NCBI GenBank assembly: GCA_963737635.1
Contig: CAVTTL010000001.1
Location: forward strand, 704,001 to 768,000
Reading direction: 5' to 3'
Length of the DNA stretch: 64,000 bases
Source: an uncultured Methanoregulaceae archaeon
GTDB taxonomy: Archaea > Halobacteriota > Methanomicrobia > Methanomicrobiales > Methanospirillaceae
Every line of letters starts with the position of its first letter. The first letter of the stretch is position 1. The notes beneath the pieces were generated by a model. That model made no database searches, was not told where the DNA came from, and saw nothing but the letters and a program-made list of their open reading frames with translations. The position numbers and the translations under genes are program-made. This document shows, piece after piece, positions 39,875 through 52,230 of the stretch.

Positions 39875-41263
39875 TTACTCCTTCTTTGCACCGGCCTTGA
39901 ACTTGGGGTGGTACTTGTTTATGAGGTCACGATCAATACGGGTGAGCTGTTCCACCGGCAGTGTCGAGAGAAGGTCCCAGCCAAGGTTTAAGGTGTCCTC
40001 AATGGTACGATCCTCATCGTAACCCTGTCGGACGAAACGGTTCTCGAACATATCGGCGAATTCAAGGAGCAGGCGATCGCGCTCGGAAAGCGCGTCCTTA
40101 CCGACAATAGCTACGAGACCGCGGAGATCGTTTCCTTCCGCATAACCGGCGTACATCTGGTCGGAGACCTTCTTGTGATCCTCACGGGTGTGCCCCTTAC
40201 CTATACCGAGGTTCATCAGCCGCGAAAGTGATGGGAGAACGTTGATGGGCGGGTAAATGCCTTTCCGGTGCAGCTCACGGTTGACCACGATCTGTCCTTC
40301 CGTAATATATCCGGTCAGGTCGGGGATTGGATGGGTGATATCATCACCGGGCATCGTCAGGATCGGGATCTGGGTGACTGAGCCTTTCAGGCCCTTGATC
40401 ATGCCAGCTCGTTCGTAGATGTTGGCGAGATCCGTGTACATATACCCGGGATAGCCACGCCTGCCGGGCACTTCTTCACGTGCAGCACCGATCTGGCGCA
40501 GCGCTTCACAGTAGTTGGTCATATCCGTCAGGATGACAAGCACATGCATACCCAATTCGAAAGCGAGGTATTCAGCAGTTGTCAGAGCGAGCCGCGGGGT
40601 GATGATACGCTCAACAGCCGGGTCATCTGCAAGGTTGAGGAAGACGACGGCGCGTTCGAGAGCTCCTGTGCGCTCGAAGTCCTGCATGAAGTAGTTCGCT
40701 TCTTCTTTGGTGATGCCCATCGCAGCAAACACTACGGCAAAGATCTCAGTAGAGCCAGGCACTTTTGCCTGCCGGGCGATCTGCAGCGCTACGTTGTTGT
40801 GCGGAAGACCTGCACCCGAGAAGATTGGGAGTTTCTGGCCACGGACAAGGGTGTTGGTCCCATCGATCGTCGAGATACCGGTCTGGATGAAATCGGCCGG
40901 CATGCCCCGGGCGTACGGGTTGATTGCGGCACCAGTAATATCGAGGCGTTTTTCCGGGACAATCTCCGGGCCGCCGTCGATTGGTTTGCCACCGCCGGAA
41001 AGGATACGCCCAAGCATCTCACGGCCAACCGGCATCTTGATGGTTTCACCGGTGAACCGGACGCCACTGTCCCTCCCGATACCGGTTGTGGTCTCGAAGA
41101 TCTGGACAACGACAAGTTCGTCACTCGTATCAAGAACCTGACCACGCTTCGTGGTGCCGTCAAAAAGGACTATATTGACGAGTTCCCCGTAGGCGATAGG
41201 CTCGGTCTTCTCGACGAAAACGAGAGGACCGGGAATTTTTGTGATCGTCCTGTATTCCTTCAT
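39875..41263 (-). CDS. atpB: A1AO ATP synthase subunit B
   Basis: [35 protein letters not shown]. Confidence 0.98.
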   Translation of the reverse strand: MKEYRTITKIPGPLVFVEKTEPIAYGELVNIVLFDGTTKRGQVLDTSDELVVVQIFETTTGIGRDSGVRFTGETIKMPVGREMLGRILSGGGKPIDGGPEIVPEKRLDITGAAINPYARGMPADFIQTGISTIDGTNTLVRGQKLPIFSGAGLPHNNVALQIARQAKVPGSTEIFAVVFAAMGITKEEANYFMQDFERTGALERAVVFLNLADDPAVERIITPRLALTTAEYLAFELGMHVLVILTDMTNYCEALRQIGAAREEVPGRRGYPGYMYTDLANIYERAGMIKGLKGSVTQIPILTMPGDDITHPIPDLTGYITEGQIVVNRELHRKGIYPPINVLPSLSRLMNLGIGKGHTREDHKKVSDQMYAGYAEGNDLRGLVAIVGKDALSERDRLLLEFADMFENRFVRQGYDEDRTIEDTLNLGWDLLSTLPVEQLTRIDRDLINKYHPKFKAGAKKE

Positions 41264-43026
41264 GCTGCCGACCTCAGTGTGTTGAACTCAGCGTCCATAT
41301 CCTTCTCGATCTTCGTAAGAGGCTCCTTGTAGTCCTTGATGAACTTGATCTGGGGCAGCTCGTTTTTCGACTTGATACCGTTGATCTGCACCGGACTGAC
41401 TCCGGAAAGCTGGGCAGAATACGCAAGGTCGGCGAAGAGCTTGATCGCCTTCATCATATCGTACTGTTTTTTCATGTCACAGAAAGTGTCCACTGCATCG
41501 TATGCGTTCTGCTGAAGGAAGATCTCTCGGATCATCCGGGCAACCTCAATAGTCACCTGTTCCGATTCGGGCAGGGCATCGGAACCAACCAGCTGCACGA
41601 TCTCCTGCAGTTCTGCCTCTTTTTGGAGGATCTCCATTGCCCATGATCGGATCTTGTTCCAGTCGGGAGAAACTTCCTTGTCGTAATAATCGTGGAGGGC
41701 TTCCAGGTACAGGGAGTACGAGTTGAGCCAGTTGATTGCCGGGAAGTGCCGACGCTGGGAGAGCTTCGCATCGAGAGCCCAGAAGACTTTCACGATACGC
41801 AGCGTGTTCTGCGTGACCGGCTCGGAGAAATCACCACCGGGAGGTGAAACGGCCCCGATAACTGAAACCGACCCGGATTTACCATTCAGGGTCTGGACAA
41901 GCCCGGCACGTTCATAGAACTCGGAGAGCCGGGCTGCGAGGTACGCCGGGTATCCTTCTTCACCGGGCATCTCCTCGAGACGGCTGGAGATCTCACGCAT
42001 CGCTTCTGCCCAACGTGAGGTCGAGTCTGCCATAAGGGAGACGTCATATCCCATATCACGGAAGTACTCTGCGATAGTAATACCGGTGTACACTGACGCC
42101 TCACGGGCCGCCACCGGCATATTCGAAGTATTCGCGATGAGTACGGTACGCTCCATGAGGGGTTTGCCGGATTTCGGGTCCTCAAGGTGCGGGAACTCGG
42201 TGAGCACTTCGGTCATTTCGTTGCCGCGTTCACCGCAACCGATATAGACTACAATCTCAGCATCTGACCACTTGGCCAGCTGTTGCTGGGTGACTGTTTT
42301 GCCGCTTCCGAACGGGCCGGGAATTGCAGCAGTCCCACCTTTTGCGATCGGGAAAAGACCGTCAAGAATCCGCTGACCTGTTATCAGAGGGATCGTCGGG
42401 TTCTTCTTCTCCTTAACGGGGCGGGGGACACGAACCGGCCAGCGTTGCATCATCGGGTACTCGCGGCCGTCCTCAAGAATACAGATGATCTCATCCACAG
42501 TGAATTCTCCGCTCTTGATCGTTTTGACGACCCCACCCTTCACATTCGGTGGAAGCATAACCCGGTGGACGATGTTGGTTTCCTGCACTTCGCCAAGGAT
42601 AGCGCCTGGTTCGACCTTGTCACCTGTTTTGACAATGGGCTTAAACGTCCACTTTTTCTCATGGGAAAGGCCGGGTGCGGTGACCCCGCGCTCGATGAAG
42701 TTTCCCATCTTTTCCACAAGGACGGAGAGTGGGCGCTGGATCCCATCATAGATACTGGTGAGGAGACCGGGGCCGAGCTCCACGGCAAGCGAGAGCCCTG
42801 TATTTATGACCGGCTCTCCGGGCCTAATCCCGGAAGTGTCTTCATACACCTGAATGATAACGTTATCGCCCTGGATTTTGATGACTTCGCCCATCAGCGC
42901 TTCTTTTCCGACCTTAACCACATCGTACATGTGGGCGTCAAGATTGACTGCCGTAACTACGGGGCCGGCTATTCTTTTGAGACTGCCCTGTTTTGCCACT
43001 TTGGTTTTTTCGGTTTTCATTTCCAC
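41260..43026 (-). CDS. atpA: A1AO ATP synthase subunit A
   Basis: [24 protein letters not shown]; no intein. Confidence 0.98.
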   Translation of the reverse strand: MEMKTEKTKVAKQGSLKRIAGPVVTAVNLDAHMYDVVKVGKEALMGEVIKIQGDNVIIQVYEDTSGIRPGEPVINTGLSLAVELGPGLLTSIYDGIQRPLSVLVEKMGNFIERGVTAPGLSHEKKWTFKPIVKTGDKVEPGAILGEVQETNIVHRVMLPPNVKGGVVKTIKSGEFTVDEIICILEDGREYPMMQRWPVRVPRPVKEKKNPTIPLITGQRILDGLFPIAKGGTAAIPGPFGSGKTVTQQQLAKWSDAEIVVYIGCGERGNEMTEVLTEFPHLEDPKSGKPLMERTVLIANTSNMPVAAREASVYTGITIAEYFRDMGYDVSLMADSTSRWAEAMREISSRLEEMPGEEGYPAYLAARLSEFYERAGLVQTLNGKSGSVSVIGAVSPPGGDFSEPVTQNTLRIVKVFWALDAKLSQRRHFPAINWLNSYSLYLEALHDYYDKEVSPDWNKIRSWAMEILQKEAELQEIVQLVGSDALPESEQVTIEVARMIREIFLQQNAYDAVDTFCDMKKQYDMMKAIKLFADLAYSAQLSGVSPVQINGIKSKNELPQIKFIKDYKEPLTKIEKDMDAEFNTLRSAA

Positions 43027-43319
43027 AGATCAACACCCACCGATCTCTTGATTTTCTCTCTCATGGACAGGCCCCCTTCCTCGCCGCCGAGGGTAATTAC
43101 CGTCGGCTTAACTGAGTTCTCGAGCGTAGCGCGGAGCCGGCGCGGGAGCCGATCCATGTCGCTGCTGTTCAGGACCAGGATTCCTACCTGCCCGTCCGCA
43201 AGGACGCTGGTGATGCATTCATTAAGTTTCTCGTCGTTTTCCGCGGTATAGGTCTTACGGATGCCTACCAGGCAGAACCCGAGGATAAACTCACTATTGC
43301 CGATAACTGCGATCTCCAT
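43017..43319 (-). CDS. atpF: A1AO ATP synthase subunit F
   Basis: IAVIG...[17 protein letters not shown]. Confidence 0.94.
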   Translation of the reverse strand: MEIAVIGNSEFILGFCLVGIRKTYTAENDEKLNECITSVLADGQVGILVLNSSDMDRLPRRLRATLENSVKPTVITLGGEEGGLSMREKIKRSVGVDLWK

Positions 43320-43320
43320 G

Positions 43321-44376
43321 CTACATCACCAGATATTTTACGATCGTCTCCGGGGGAAGTTTGGATTCTTTCCCCCGTGCCAGTGCCCGAAGGTTGAACA
43401 CTTCGTACTTCTTTTTCTCGAGATAAACGAGAATCGGGTAGATGGAAAAGGGATTACGCTTGGAGAGCTTCTCCATCTGTTCCAATTGTACCCGAACAAG
43501 GAGTAATGCAATTTCATGAACCGGCCGTTCTATCTCCAGCCCTTTAAGGAGCTCGACCAATGGCTCGGTGCGGACCCTTGCCCTGAGCTGGTCGGTAAAT
43601 TCCCGGTAGTCTTTGATCGTGTTTAACGTGCCAAAGTCTGCGGCGGTAATAGAGCCACCGGAAATATAAATGTCCTTTGCATCTTCCTGAACCTCGGCTG
43701 CCCGTAGCCGGAAGAGCGTCAGGACGTTTTTGATGTCAATGTCCAGCCGGATAAAGCTCAGGAACAGCCGGCCACCGGCGTCCCCGCCGCTGGATTCTGC
43801 AATGATATCCGCGTAAAACTGCTTGTACAGTTCGTTTTCCATCCTTGCGTACGAACCGGTCTCTTTTGCCACCGGGTACTCGCGGGCGAGGACCGGGTAG
43901 ATACTGCGCCCTTTGAGAGCCTCAATGACACGATCCGGGCTGTCCTCCGTGAGGAGCCGGTCAAGCACGGTCTTGTCAAGGCTCCCTGCTGGAACGAGAA
44001 CTTCCCTGATCTTGCCGGCTTTTTCCCCTTGGGATTTTCCCCGAAGGATAGTAAGCACGTTCTGGATGTCCCAGTAACGGAGGTACGAACGGGTAAACTG
44101 CTTGAGTATCCCGGGCGTGATTTTCAGGATTCTCTGGTACTCCTTCGCGAGGTTCCAGCTTAACGCCACCTCTATACGGTCGATCCCCTTGAAGGTTGTG
44201 CCCAGCTCGTCAATCTCCTGTTTGTATGACGTCTCTTCGATGACCCGGGTAATTTCTGGGAGGCTCATATTGAGCATCCGCATGTACTCCTCGCGGGGAA
44301 GAAGCTTGGACTTCCTCACCCGCATCCTGGTACAGACGTAGATAGTGGGCGCTGAAATGCCTTTTATCCCTGCCAT
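43321..44376 (-). CDS. atpC: A1AO ATP synthase subunit C
   Basis: [35 protein letters not shown]; operon position. Confidence 0.94.
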   Translation of the reverse strand: MAGIKGISAPTIYVCTRMRVRKSKLLPREEYMRMLNMSLPEITRVIEETSYKQEIDELGTTFKGIDRIEVALSWNLAKEYQRILKITPGILKQFTRSYLRYWDIQNVLTILRGKSQGEKAGKIREVLVPAGSLDKTVLDRLLTEDSPDRVIEALKGRSIYPVLAREYPVAKETGSYARMENELYKQFYADIIAESSGGDAGGRLFLSFIRLDIDIKNVLTLFRLRAAEVQEDAKDIYISGGSITAADFGTLNTIKDYREFTDQLRARVRTEPLVELLKGLEIERPVHEIALLLVRVQLEQMEKLSKRNPFSIYPILVYLEKKKYEVFNLRALARGKESKLPPETIVKYLVM

Positions 44377-44388
44377 ACCTGTATCACC

Positions 44389-44964
44389 CTATCCGAAGAG
44401 GAGATCAGATGCATCCTTGAGCCCGGATTCCCATACATTGTTCATAAACGTGCGATAACTGTAATCTATCTGCAGCTCATTACCTTCGCCTTCAACAAGG
44501 ATTCCGCCGTCGATATCGACCGGATCGCCTAAGGTATAGCCTGAGAATTCCTTATCGGCAAGGATATCTTTTGCCGCAGTCACATCCCTTGGGTTACAGT
44601 GGATCCTGCCCCGGGGGATCTCCTTTTTTGCTTCCGAAAGGAGTTTTTTGATTGCTTCACGATGGAAGCTTTCAGGGAGCCGGGCAATCTCCAAGAGAGT
44701 ACTCTCGTACACGTCATCAAGGAGCCCTTTTTGTGTGTTAAGGATCTCGCGCTTGACAAGGAGGTTAGCTGCCGACGTATCCTGAGCAATGAACTGGGAT
44801 ACCTGTTTAGCTGATACCTCCTCCGCTTCCATTTTGATCCTTGCAACCTTTTCGTTTGCTTCCGCAAGAATCCGGTCTGAGTCCCGTTTGGATTCGGCAC
44901 GGATAGCATCCGCTTCCTTTTTGCCTTTTTCCCTGATCTCTTCTAGTACTGCTTCCAGTCCCAT
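44389..44964 (-). CDS. atpE: A1AO ATP synthase subunit E
   Basis: MGLEAVLEEI coiled coil, IDGGILVE...IDYSY. Confidence 0.93.
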   Translation of the reverse strand: MGLEAVLEEIREKGKKEADAIRAESKRDSDRILAEANEKVARIKMEAEEVSAKQVSQFIAQDTSAANLLVKREILNTQKGLLDDVYESTLLEIARLPESFHREAIKKLLSEAKKEIPRGRIHCNPRDVTAAKDILADKEFSGYTLGDPVDIDGGILVEGEGNELQIDYSYRTFMNNVWESGLKDASDLLFG

Positions 44965-44977
44965 CGTCTGCCTCGCT

Positions 44978-45226
44978 TTAGAACAGGAGCAGAAGTGCAA
45001 TGACAAGACCGAAGATGACAATGGTCTCTGGAATGACCGTGAAGAGCAGGCCAAGACCGAAGAAATCCTTGTTCTCCGCAATTGCGCCAACTGCCGCGGC
45101 CCCGATACCCATCTCGGCGACACCGGTACCAACACCGGTGAGACCGACGGCAAGACCTGCCCCGATAGCCTTCATTCCTGCCTGCGATGCCTGTACCATA
45201 TCAAGAGTCATGTTAACGTCTGCCAT
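44978..45226 (-). CDS. atpK: A1AO ATP synthase subunit K (c, single hairpin)
   Basis: Gly-rich helix GAGLAVGLTGVGTGVAE and IPETIVIFG. Confidence 0.95.
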   Translation of the reverse strand: MADVNMTLDMVQASQAGMKAIGAGLAVGLTGVGTGVAEMGIGAAAVGAIAENKDFFGLGLLFTVIPETIVIFGLVIALLLLF

Positions 45227-45229
45227 AAT

Positions 45230-47204
45230 CTAATCCTCCGTAAATCTTCGTTTCATTCCAAATGGACTATACTTCCTTCCTCCACCCTTATAGAATTTGG
45301 TGAAGAATTCAACGTAATGCAACCTGATTGAGTGGAGCCCACCACCCAGAATACCCAACGCCAGATTGAGCGCATGGCCCAGTAAAAAGACCACGACACC
45401 CACAATGATCAGAACAATTCCAAGAATTGACATATTTTTCAGAGCGGGCCCGATGAACATACCGATGGACATGTAATTGACGACCATCGCGATAGCCACC
45501 GATGAAAGGCCGACGGCTACCAGACGTGCGTACGATAAAACGTGCGATATGATCGTCGGGAGTTCAACGATCTCAAGGACCGAATCCCGCGCAATGAAAA
45601 TGACACCCATCACGACAAAGACAATTGCAACAACGAGACCGACCGAAAGCCCGGCAAAAACTACCGGGAGCTTGCTGAGGTCCGGCATCAGGGGAAGCGC
45701 AAACATCGACCAGATGCCTATGATAATCCCCCACATCACCGTGATCCAGCCGAAGTTTGCAAGGACTGCTTTGATCCGGTGTGGTCCGTGATCCTGACGT
45801 GCGTGGTTAACCATCCCGAGCGTCCTACCGAGCGTGATATGCAGGATCCCTATCCATATAGAGACTACCATCAGCTGTGCAATGGCGGGTCCCTGCCCAG
45901 CTGCTTCAGTCCCACCGATGTTGAGGTGCCTGCTGAAGATGATCGGCGCCCAAGGAAGCTCAAATCCCAGAAATTCGCTGAACAGAATACCAAATATGAT
46001 GCTCGATATGCTTGCATTCCTGAGCACAACAAGAAATTCACGGGCGTCGTCGCCTTTGAACACCCGGCGAAGTGCAAAGCACATGATAAGGAGCAGCAGA
46101 CCGTACCCGACATCCCCGAGAATCAGCCCGAAGAAGAGCGGGAACACGATGGCCAGCATCAGCGTCGGGTCTACTTCCGTATACATTGGGCGGGAGTAGA
46201 TGTCCATGAGCATCTGTGCAGGCTTTGCAAACGATGGGTTGTTGTATTCCACCGGAACTGCTTCATGCATCGGATCCACCGGCAGTTCGGTGACAAAGAC
46301 TTTTCCGCCAGTTACCTTGTCAAGCGCCGTACTGATACTCTGGATACTATCCGCCGGGACCCAACCTTCTGCCACAAACACTTCTGACGTTGTTGCAAAC
46401 CGCAGGGGTGCCTCGGCCTGTTCGATTTTCACCCGGAACGCTTCCTCGCAGGCGACCAGAAGCCCGGTGTGGGATTCCTTGATCTGTGCGAGTTTTTCGT
46501 TGATAGCAGCGATCTCTTTTCTGAGCGTCGCGATCTGTTCCGTATAATACGAAGTACGTACTTGGGCAGTGCCGTTTTCCTCGGGAATGGTCACTGCCTG
46601 GAACTGCGCCTCCTGCAGAACCCGCTCAGCTTCGACCCGGTTTTTCTCCGGAACGATAGCGAGAACAAATGACTTGTCCTTGCTTTTTATCACCTGCATC
46701 TCATTTGGTACGGTCAGGTTCAGGTCGCCATTCACATAGCCAGCAAAGACGCTGAAATGCTGGAAACCGCGTAAAAGAGCGAGATCTGCCGGGATCGCCA
46801 TGAAAGGGGCGAGTTCTACAATTTTCTGTTCGTACTCTTTTACTTTCGTGTCTGAGCTTCGAGCGGTCGCCTGCCAGATCTTCAACCTCTTTTTCGATAG
46901 CGGGAAGATCCTTTTCGATCTGCGAGCGGATCCGGGGCAGACTCAGTTTCTGTTTTGCTTCAATATCTTCGCCACGGATGGCAAAGACGTTCTCGATTGC
47001 CCTGACCTTGACAAGCTCGGTGGAGGCCTCAGTTGCTCCCTCAAGCGGCGTACCGATCTTAAAACCGTCGTATCCTTCGCGTCCCTGATCCACATAATCT
47101 TCGATATGAAACAGGTTCCCGCGGTACAATTCCTGTATGATAGGCACAGCCTGATCCCGCGAGGCGACGATGAGCAATTTGCCCATCGGTTTAGGCGCTA
47201 ACAT
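45230..47204 (-). CDS. atpI: A1AO ATP synthase subunit I (a); one apparent frameshift near 46853
   Basis: ORFs 46701-47204 and 45230-46885 join on removing one A; EVDPT, GDVGYG, SYARLVAVGL, RLHYVEFF. Confidence 0.93.
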
Positions 47205-47520
47205 GCAGCTGCTCCTTAAACCGCGATACCAGCAGCTGCACTGCCTTTGAAAGGTTCTTTTTGCCCTTCTCCTTCAATGCCACTGAGCGCTGATTTCCCT
47301 CCCTGAGAATCTCAGCGTGCTTTTGCGCTGCCTGGTGCCGTGCTTCTTCCAGTTTCAGCTTCTTGTATTGTTCAGCATTGCTTTGCGCCTTTGTTATAAG
47401 GTTATCAGCTTCCAGCTCGGCCTGGGTGCGCTTTTTCTTTTTTTCTTCCTGTGCCGCACTGATCATCGACTGATACTCAGATTCAGTTTTCTTGATGTCG
47501 TTAAGGACCTCAGTTTTCAT
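47191..47520 (-). CDS. atpH: A1AO ATP synthase subunit H (G-like stalk)
   Basis: MKTEVLNDIKKTE coiled coil; first gene of the operon. Confidence 0.88.
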   Translation of the reverse strand: MKTEVLNDIKKTESEYQSMISAAQEEKKKKRTQAELEADNLITKAQSNAEQYKKLKLEEARHQAAQKHAEILREGNQRSVALKEKGKKNLSKAVQLLVSRFKEQLHVSA

Positions 47521-47600
47521 CCAACCCTCCACTCACGGCAGTACCGTACTTGGTGAAAATCACAATATATGTATTGTTATTTACGATTTCAGGTCTTTTT

Positions 47601-48107
47601 TTATGAGTGCGAACGCTTAGAGGGTGAGATCCCGGGGAAAGATCGGCGATTCGTGCCCGGCTGTACCTTTTCCACGATAATTGCGGCAGGGATCGGGGAG
47701 ATCGTAATACCATCGTGGGTCATGCGCATCGTAAGGCCCGCGAGTTCATCAGATGAACAGACAAGATGCTGTTCCGGATGTGTCCCTCTAACGATAGAAC
47801 AGCTTGTCTGGATTTCAGGTGAGACCGAGACAACATAGGGAATCCTTTTCGATCCCGGGTGGTCGCGGGGCAGAACGATAAGTGGAAGGTGGTACGTCCT
47901 GACCAGTTCCAGAAGCATCAGGGCGGGTTCAATAGGGCCTCCCCCGGGAGCGGAGACCACGACCACATCGCCGGCATGCACTGCCTGGATATATTCCTCA
48001 TGGCTGGTCTCGATAGAAAGAGCAAACTTCTCACTGATGGCAGCGACAAGCAGAAAAGAATGTGCGCCCTTCACGAGCAGGACGTCGTTACAGGCTGAAT
48101 CGTTCAT
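47601..48107 (-). CDS. Conserved hypothetical protein
   Basis: ATGA overlap with the upstream small ORF; LPRDHPGSKRI, CSIVRGTHPEQHLVC. Confidence 0.7.
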   Translation of the reverse strand: MNDSACNDVLLVKGAHSFLLVAAISEKFALSIETSHEEYIQAVHAGDVVVVSAPGGGPIEPALMLLELVRTYHLPLIVLPRDHPGSKRIPYVVSVSPEIQTSCSIVRGTHPEQHLVCSSDELAGLTMRMTHDGITISPIPAAIIVEKVQPGTNRRSFPGISPSKRSHS

Positions 48108-48259
48108 AGCTCGACTACATCTTCTGACTGGCAGGAGGGACACATGGGCCGTTTGCCGATCCCTTTGAACCGTTCGCCGCATTCCTTGCACCGGTAGTCC
48201 TTTGCGGTGACCCGGTCCGGGGGCAGATCGATATCTGTTGGTCCGCCAACACTACACAT
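48104..48259 (-). CDS. Small zinc-ribbon protein (51 aa)
   Basis: MCSVGG...YRCKECGERF...MCPSCQSEDVVEL*; GAGGTGA RBS; below the ORF-track size cutoff. Confidence 0.8.
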   Translation of the reverse strand: MCSVGGPTDIDLPPDRVTAKDYRCKECGERFKGIGKRPMCPSCQSEDVVEL

Positions 48260-48364
48260 GGGCAATCACCTCACTACTCTAATCTCCCCAGCTATTATTT
48301 ATGCCTGTTTACCCCGCTTCCACTTGAGGCCGGGATATTAAAAAGGGCCCGCGGATTGTGACCG

Positions 48365-50297
48365 CTATACGACAATGATGAAACTGAAGGTGATAAGAGC
48401 GATGATCAAAAGGATGCAGGAGTGCTTGACCCCGGCGGCAAGCGATGCCTCCCCCATTTGTCCGGCGATTAATCCCGAGAAGAACGCTTGGATCAGGCAC
48501 GCATGGTAGAGAAGCCGGTCTAACGACCTGACCGGCACGGACCCGATACCGGAGAGCGGCCCGGCTCCCGAAATCCCCGACGTCCCGATATGGGAGAGGA
48601 CCGGCAGGAACTGCGTGGAGAGGACGGCGACGACAAAGAGGAAGACAAAGAACGAAAGGTAGACGATCGCCGTATAAATGAACATCTCGCCAAGTCTCTC
48701 TTTTTTGAGAGTCTCGCTCATCTTCGCATCGCTTGCGGCTATAGCGAGTACCTCGCCGATCTGCCCGCTCATCTCGCTTGCTTTTGTGATCAGTGTCACT
48801 GTCCGGGCGATAGCCGCGGTGCTGATCCGCTGCTCAAAGCGTATCAGCGCTTCGGAGAAGTTCACCCCCCAGTCCATATCCCGCTTGATCCGCCGGATCT
48901 CGTAGCTGAGGAGGCCGAGGTTGGTGTTGACCATGATCCCGATAGCCTGCGCAACCGTCAGACCGACCCGGTTGATGCCGGCCATCCGCTCCAGAAAGTC
49001 CGGGATCATTGTCTGGATCCCCCTGACCTTCCGGGCCCAAATCTCGTAGAAGATCGCATAGGGGACGAGAACGATCAAAAGGGCGATCACGACATGGGCG
49101 TTGATCACCTGGATGAAGAGCTCGGTATCGGCATAGTAAGGTGTATCGTGGAGGACCAGAGCGAGGTAGATGATCGCCAACGGGACGGTGATGTAGAGCG
49201 TATGGCTGACGTCGTTGACAAAACTCTCGAATGGGTGGCGGAGATAATGGGTGAACGTCCGCACCTTGTCGTACATCCGAAGCTGGTCAAAGAGCGGTTC
49301 TTCGCTGGCCCTTTTCTCCCGCCGGACATCCGCATACGTGTTGAGCCTCCTTGGCCTTGGTATAGCGTTCGGCTTTTTCTGCCTTACCCGAGACAAGATC
49401 GACAAGCAGGATAAAGATCAGTGACCCGATAGGCATGATCGCATAGATGACAATCGAAAGCTGAATGACCGCTGACCCCCCCATCATGCCCATGACTACC
49501 ATGATGATGATCAAAAACAGAGGGCCGGCGACAAAGAGGGTTACGTAAGATTCCGCAACCATGGAGAGAATGGTCAGGAATTGTTTCTGCTCGAAACGCG
49601 CCTCTTCCTGGTAGAGCCTGACCCGGCTTGCAAGGAACTCAGAGAGATTGCCACCACTTCCGATAACAGAGATGAGGTCCTCAAGGAAATCCTTGAGCTT
49701 TTCCGAGGGCGTGGTCTCGGAAAGGTGCCGTATGGCTGACAGGACGTCTGATCCAAAAAAGTCGACATCCCGGGTGACCTGCCGGAACTCAAGCGCGACT
49801 TCACCATAGATGGGGGCGTTCTCAGAGATGGCGGAAAAGATCACCAGCAGCTCCGCCCCGCCCCGGCGCATCGCGTACATATAGGCGACCGCGTTGTGCA
49901 GCGTCAGGTTAATCTTGACGCTCCGGTTGGTCTTCTCGATTTGCGGGATACGGAGCATGAGGTGGTAAGTGATGTATGCCCCGAATGCAAACGAGACGGC
50001 GACGCTTGCCGAGACAACTACGGTGGGACTGGAGAGAAACGTAAGGCTTTCGGGCAGCTGTAGGTTGAAGACATTGTAGATGCCCCGGCCGGACTCGACC
50101 TGCCGGGCAAAAAACTCACTCACTGCGTACCCGAGGACCCCAAAGAGGACGCCGGAGACGATCGAGATCCTGATGGATTTCCAGAGGTATTGTTCGAGGG
50201 TCCGGCCGGACCGGGACGAGATGAGATCGGTATGGAGGCCGTGGTACCGGATCGGGTCGCGCAGCAGCCATTTCTGGAGGGTGTGCCGGAAATTCAT
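48365..50297 (-). CDS. Type IV pilus platform protein (TadC/ArlJ-like, two T2SSF domains); frameshift near 49332
   Basis: NAVAYMYAM, YGEVALEF, TTPSEKLKDFL, IPDFLERMA, GLIAGQMGE...AGVKH. Confidence 0.88.
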
Positions 50298-52025
50298 CAG
50301 AGTACCTGTCTGAGATCATCGCGGTGGGCGAGTACGTCCGCACGGTTGATCTGATACTTGTGGAAGATGGAGGCGGACGAGATGTAATCCCGGATCCCCT
50401 GCGTGTGCATCGCGTCGAGCAGGCCTTTTCTCACCGCGATCTCGTTATCAAGCTCTTCCCGGGTCCAGCCGCGTTTGGCGGCGATCGTGCTATAGATCTG
50501 CGAACGGCCGGTGTAGCTGGTTTGGTCATGGACCGGGTCGTACTCGAAAACGTTGTTGACCCTGAGGTTGCCGGTCGCCGGATCGATCCCGACAATTTCA
50601 ACGACCTCCTGGACCCTGCGCACCCGTTCTGTCCCCCGGTAGATGAGAGCCTGGACGCTGATGATGTTTAACGCCTGGACCATAGTGCGCGGCACGTTGA
50701 GAGGTTCGTTCTCCAGCCGGTGGATGGCCGCATCGATGCTCCCCGCATGCATGGTGGAGAAGGTGGTGTGGCCGGTGTTCATCGCCTGGAAAAGTGTTTG
50801 TGCCTCGGGGCCCCGGACTTCTCCCACAATGATGTACTCCGGTCGCTGCCGCATAGCGGCCCGGAGGAGATCGAACATGTTGATGGCATTGCCGCCCTCT
50901 GTGAGCGCCTCCCGGGTAACACTGGCAATCCAGTTGTCATGGTAGAGCGTGATCTCCCGCGTGTCTTCGATGCTGACCACTTTCGCGATAGGGGGGATAA
51001 AAAGTGAGACGGCGTTCAGTGATGTGGTCTTGCCGGATGCCGTCCCGCCGATGAAGAGCAGGCTCATGCCATTCTCGATGGCAAGCCAGAAAAAGGCTAG
51101 TTCGTCGCTCGAGAATGTGCCGTACTCCATGAGCTCGATCGGCGAGAACGGTTCTTCCCTGAACTTTCTGATGGTAAACGAGGTGCCCCGGGTGGTCACC
51201 TCGGTCCCAAGTGTCAGCTGGAGACGGGAGCCATCGGGAAGGGTCGCGTCCAGCATGGGTGAGCCGGTCGATATGTGTTTTCCAGAGCGCTGGGCAAGGG
51301 TGATGGCAAGCGAGTTTAAGACGGTTGCTTCGAATGCGATGTTGGTCTTGATGTTCCGGTGTTTCCGGTGGGTACAGGAAGATCGGGATCAGGCTGCCGT
51401 CGCAGGAGATATCTTCGAGATTTGGGTCCTTCATCAGCGGATCGATCCGCGACCAGCCAATGAAGTTCCTGATAAGGTAATATTCGATCTTGAAGAGCGT
51501 GGACTGGTCAAGGATTAGGCCGTAATCATCAAGGAGGCCATGTACCTTTTCGAGCAGAATTTTTTTGCGGTCTTTTTTAATTTCATCCGAAGTCAGGATC
51601 AGGACATCAAGGAGATCCTCATGCAGGCGCTCGAGAAGTTCATACTCGAACTCCGAGAGCGGTGGTTCAAAGAGAAGATACTCCGTCTGGTTTGTCTTCC
51701 TGTTAAGTGCGATATATATCAGGGTTTTGCCTTCTTCGATCCAGTACTGGTCAACCAGATCGTATCCTGCCGGCAGCTCCGCATTCACAAGCGGGCCATG
51801 TTTTGCATAGTTGTACTCCTCGTCCAGCGTTTTCTTCTTGGTTTTGAGGATCTGAAAATAATACCGGTAGCTGGCCTCGCGTTTACCGGACTGGCCAGGA
51901 GATGTACCGACATCCCGGGCGGATGATTTTGTGGTATCTTTTTTTTCCTTGACGGCCCTTACCCGGGACAGGTATTCTTTAAATTTTGAAAAAAGATCTG
52001 AAATCTGCATAAACCTGCTCCTCAC
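50297..52025 (-). CDS. Type IV pilus assembly ATPase (ArlI/PilB/VirB11-like); frameshift near 51371
   Basis: DPNLEDISCDG, GGTASGKTT, SIEDTRE, RQRPEYIIVGEVRG, TGHTTFSTMHA; start uncertain. Confidence 0.9.
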
Positions 52026-52230
52026 AGAAAGTGCATATCTCTTCGAATTAATAGTTCTGTGGACACTTATATATATAATTACAAAAACGGCACCGAATGC
52101 ATAATATATACAAGAGAATTGTCATTTGTTTTCCTGAGAACGAAAATCCGTCGTGCACGCACAGATATCTTTATCTCTGCTCCCATGAGATTTTAAAACC
52201 ATATAATTCGCCGGATATGTGGAGTATCTG

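Noticed and set aside
45230-47204. Programmed frameshifting or a split atpI
   Set aside because: No slippery heptamer at the shift; it is one of many similar one-base indels, so sequencing error is more parsimonious
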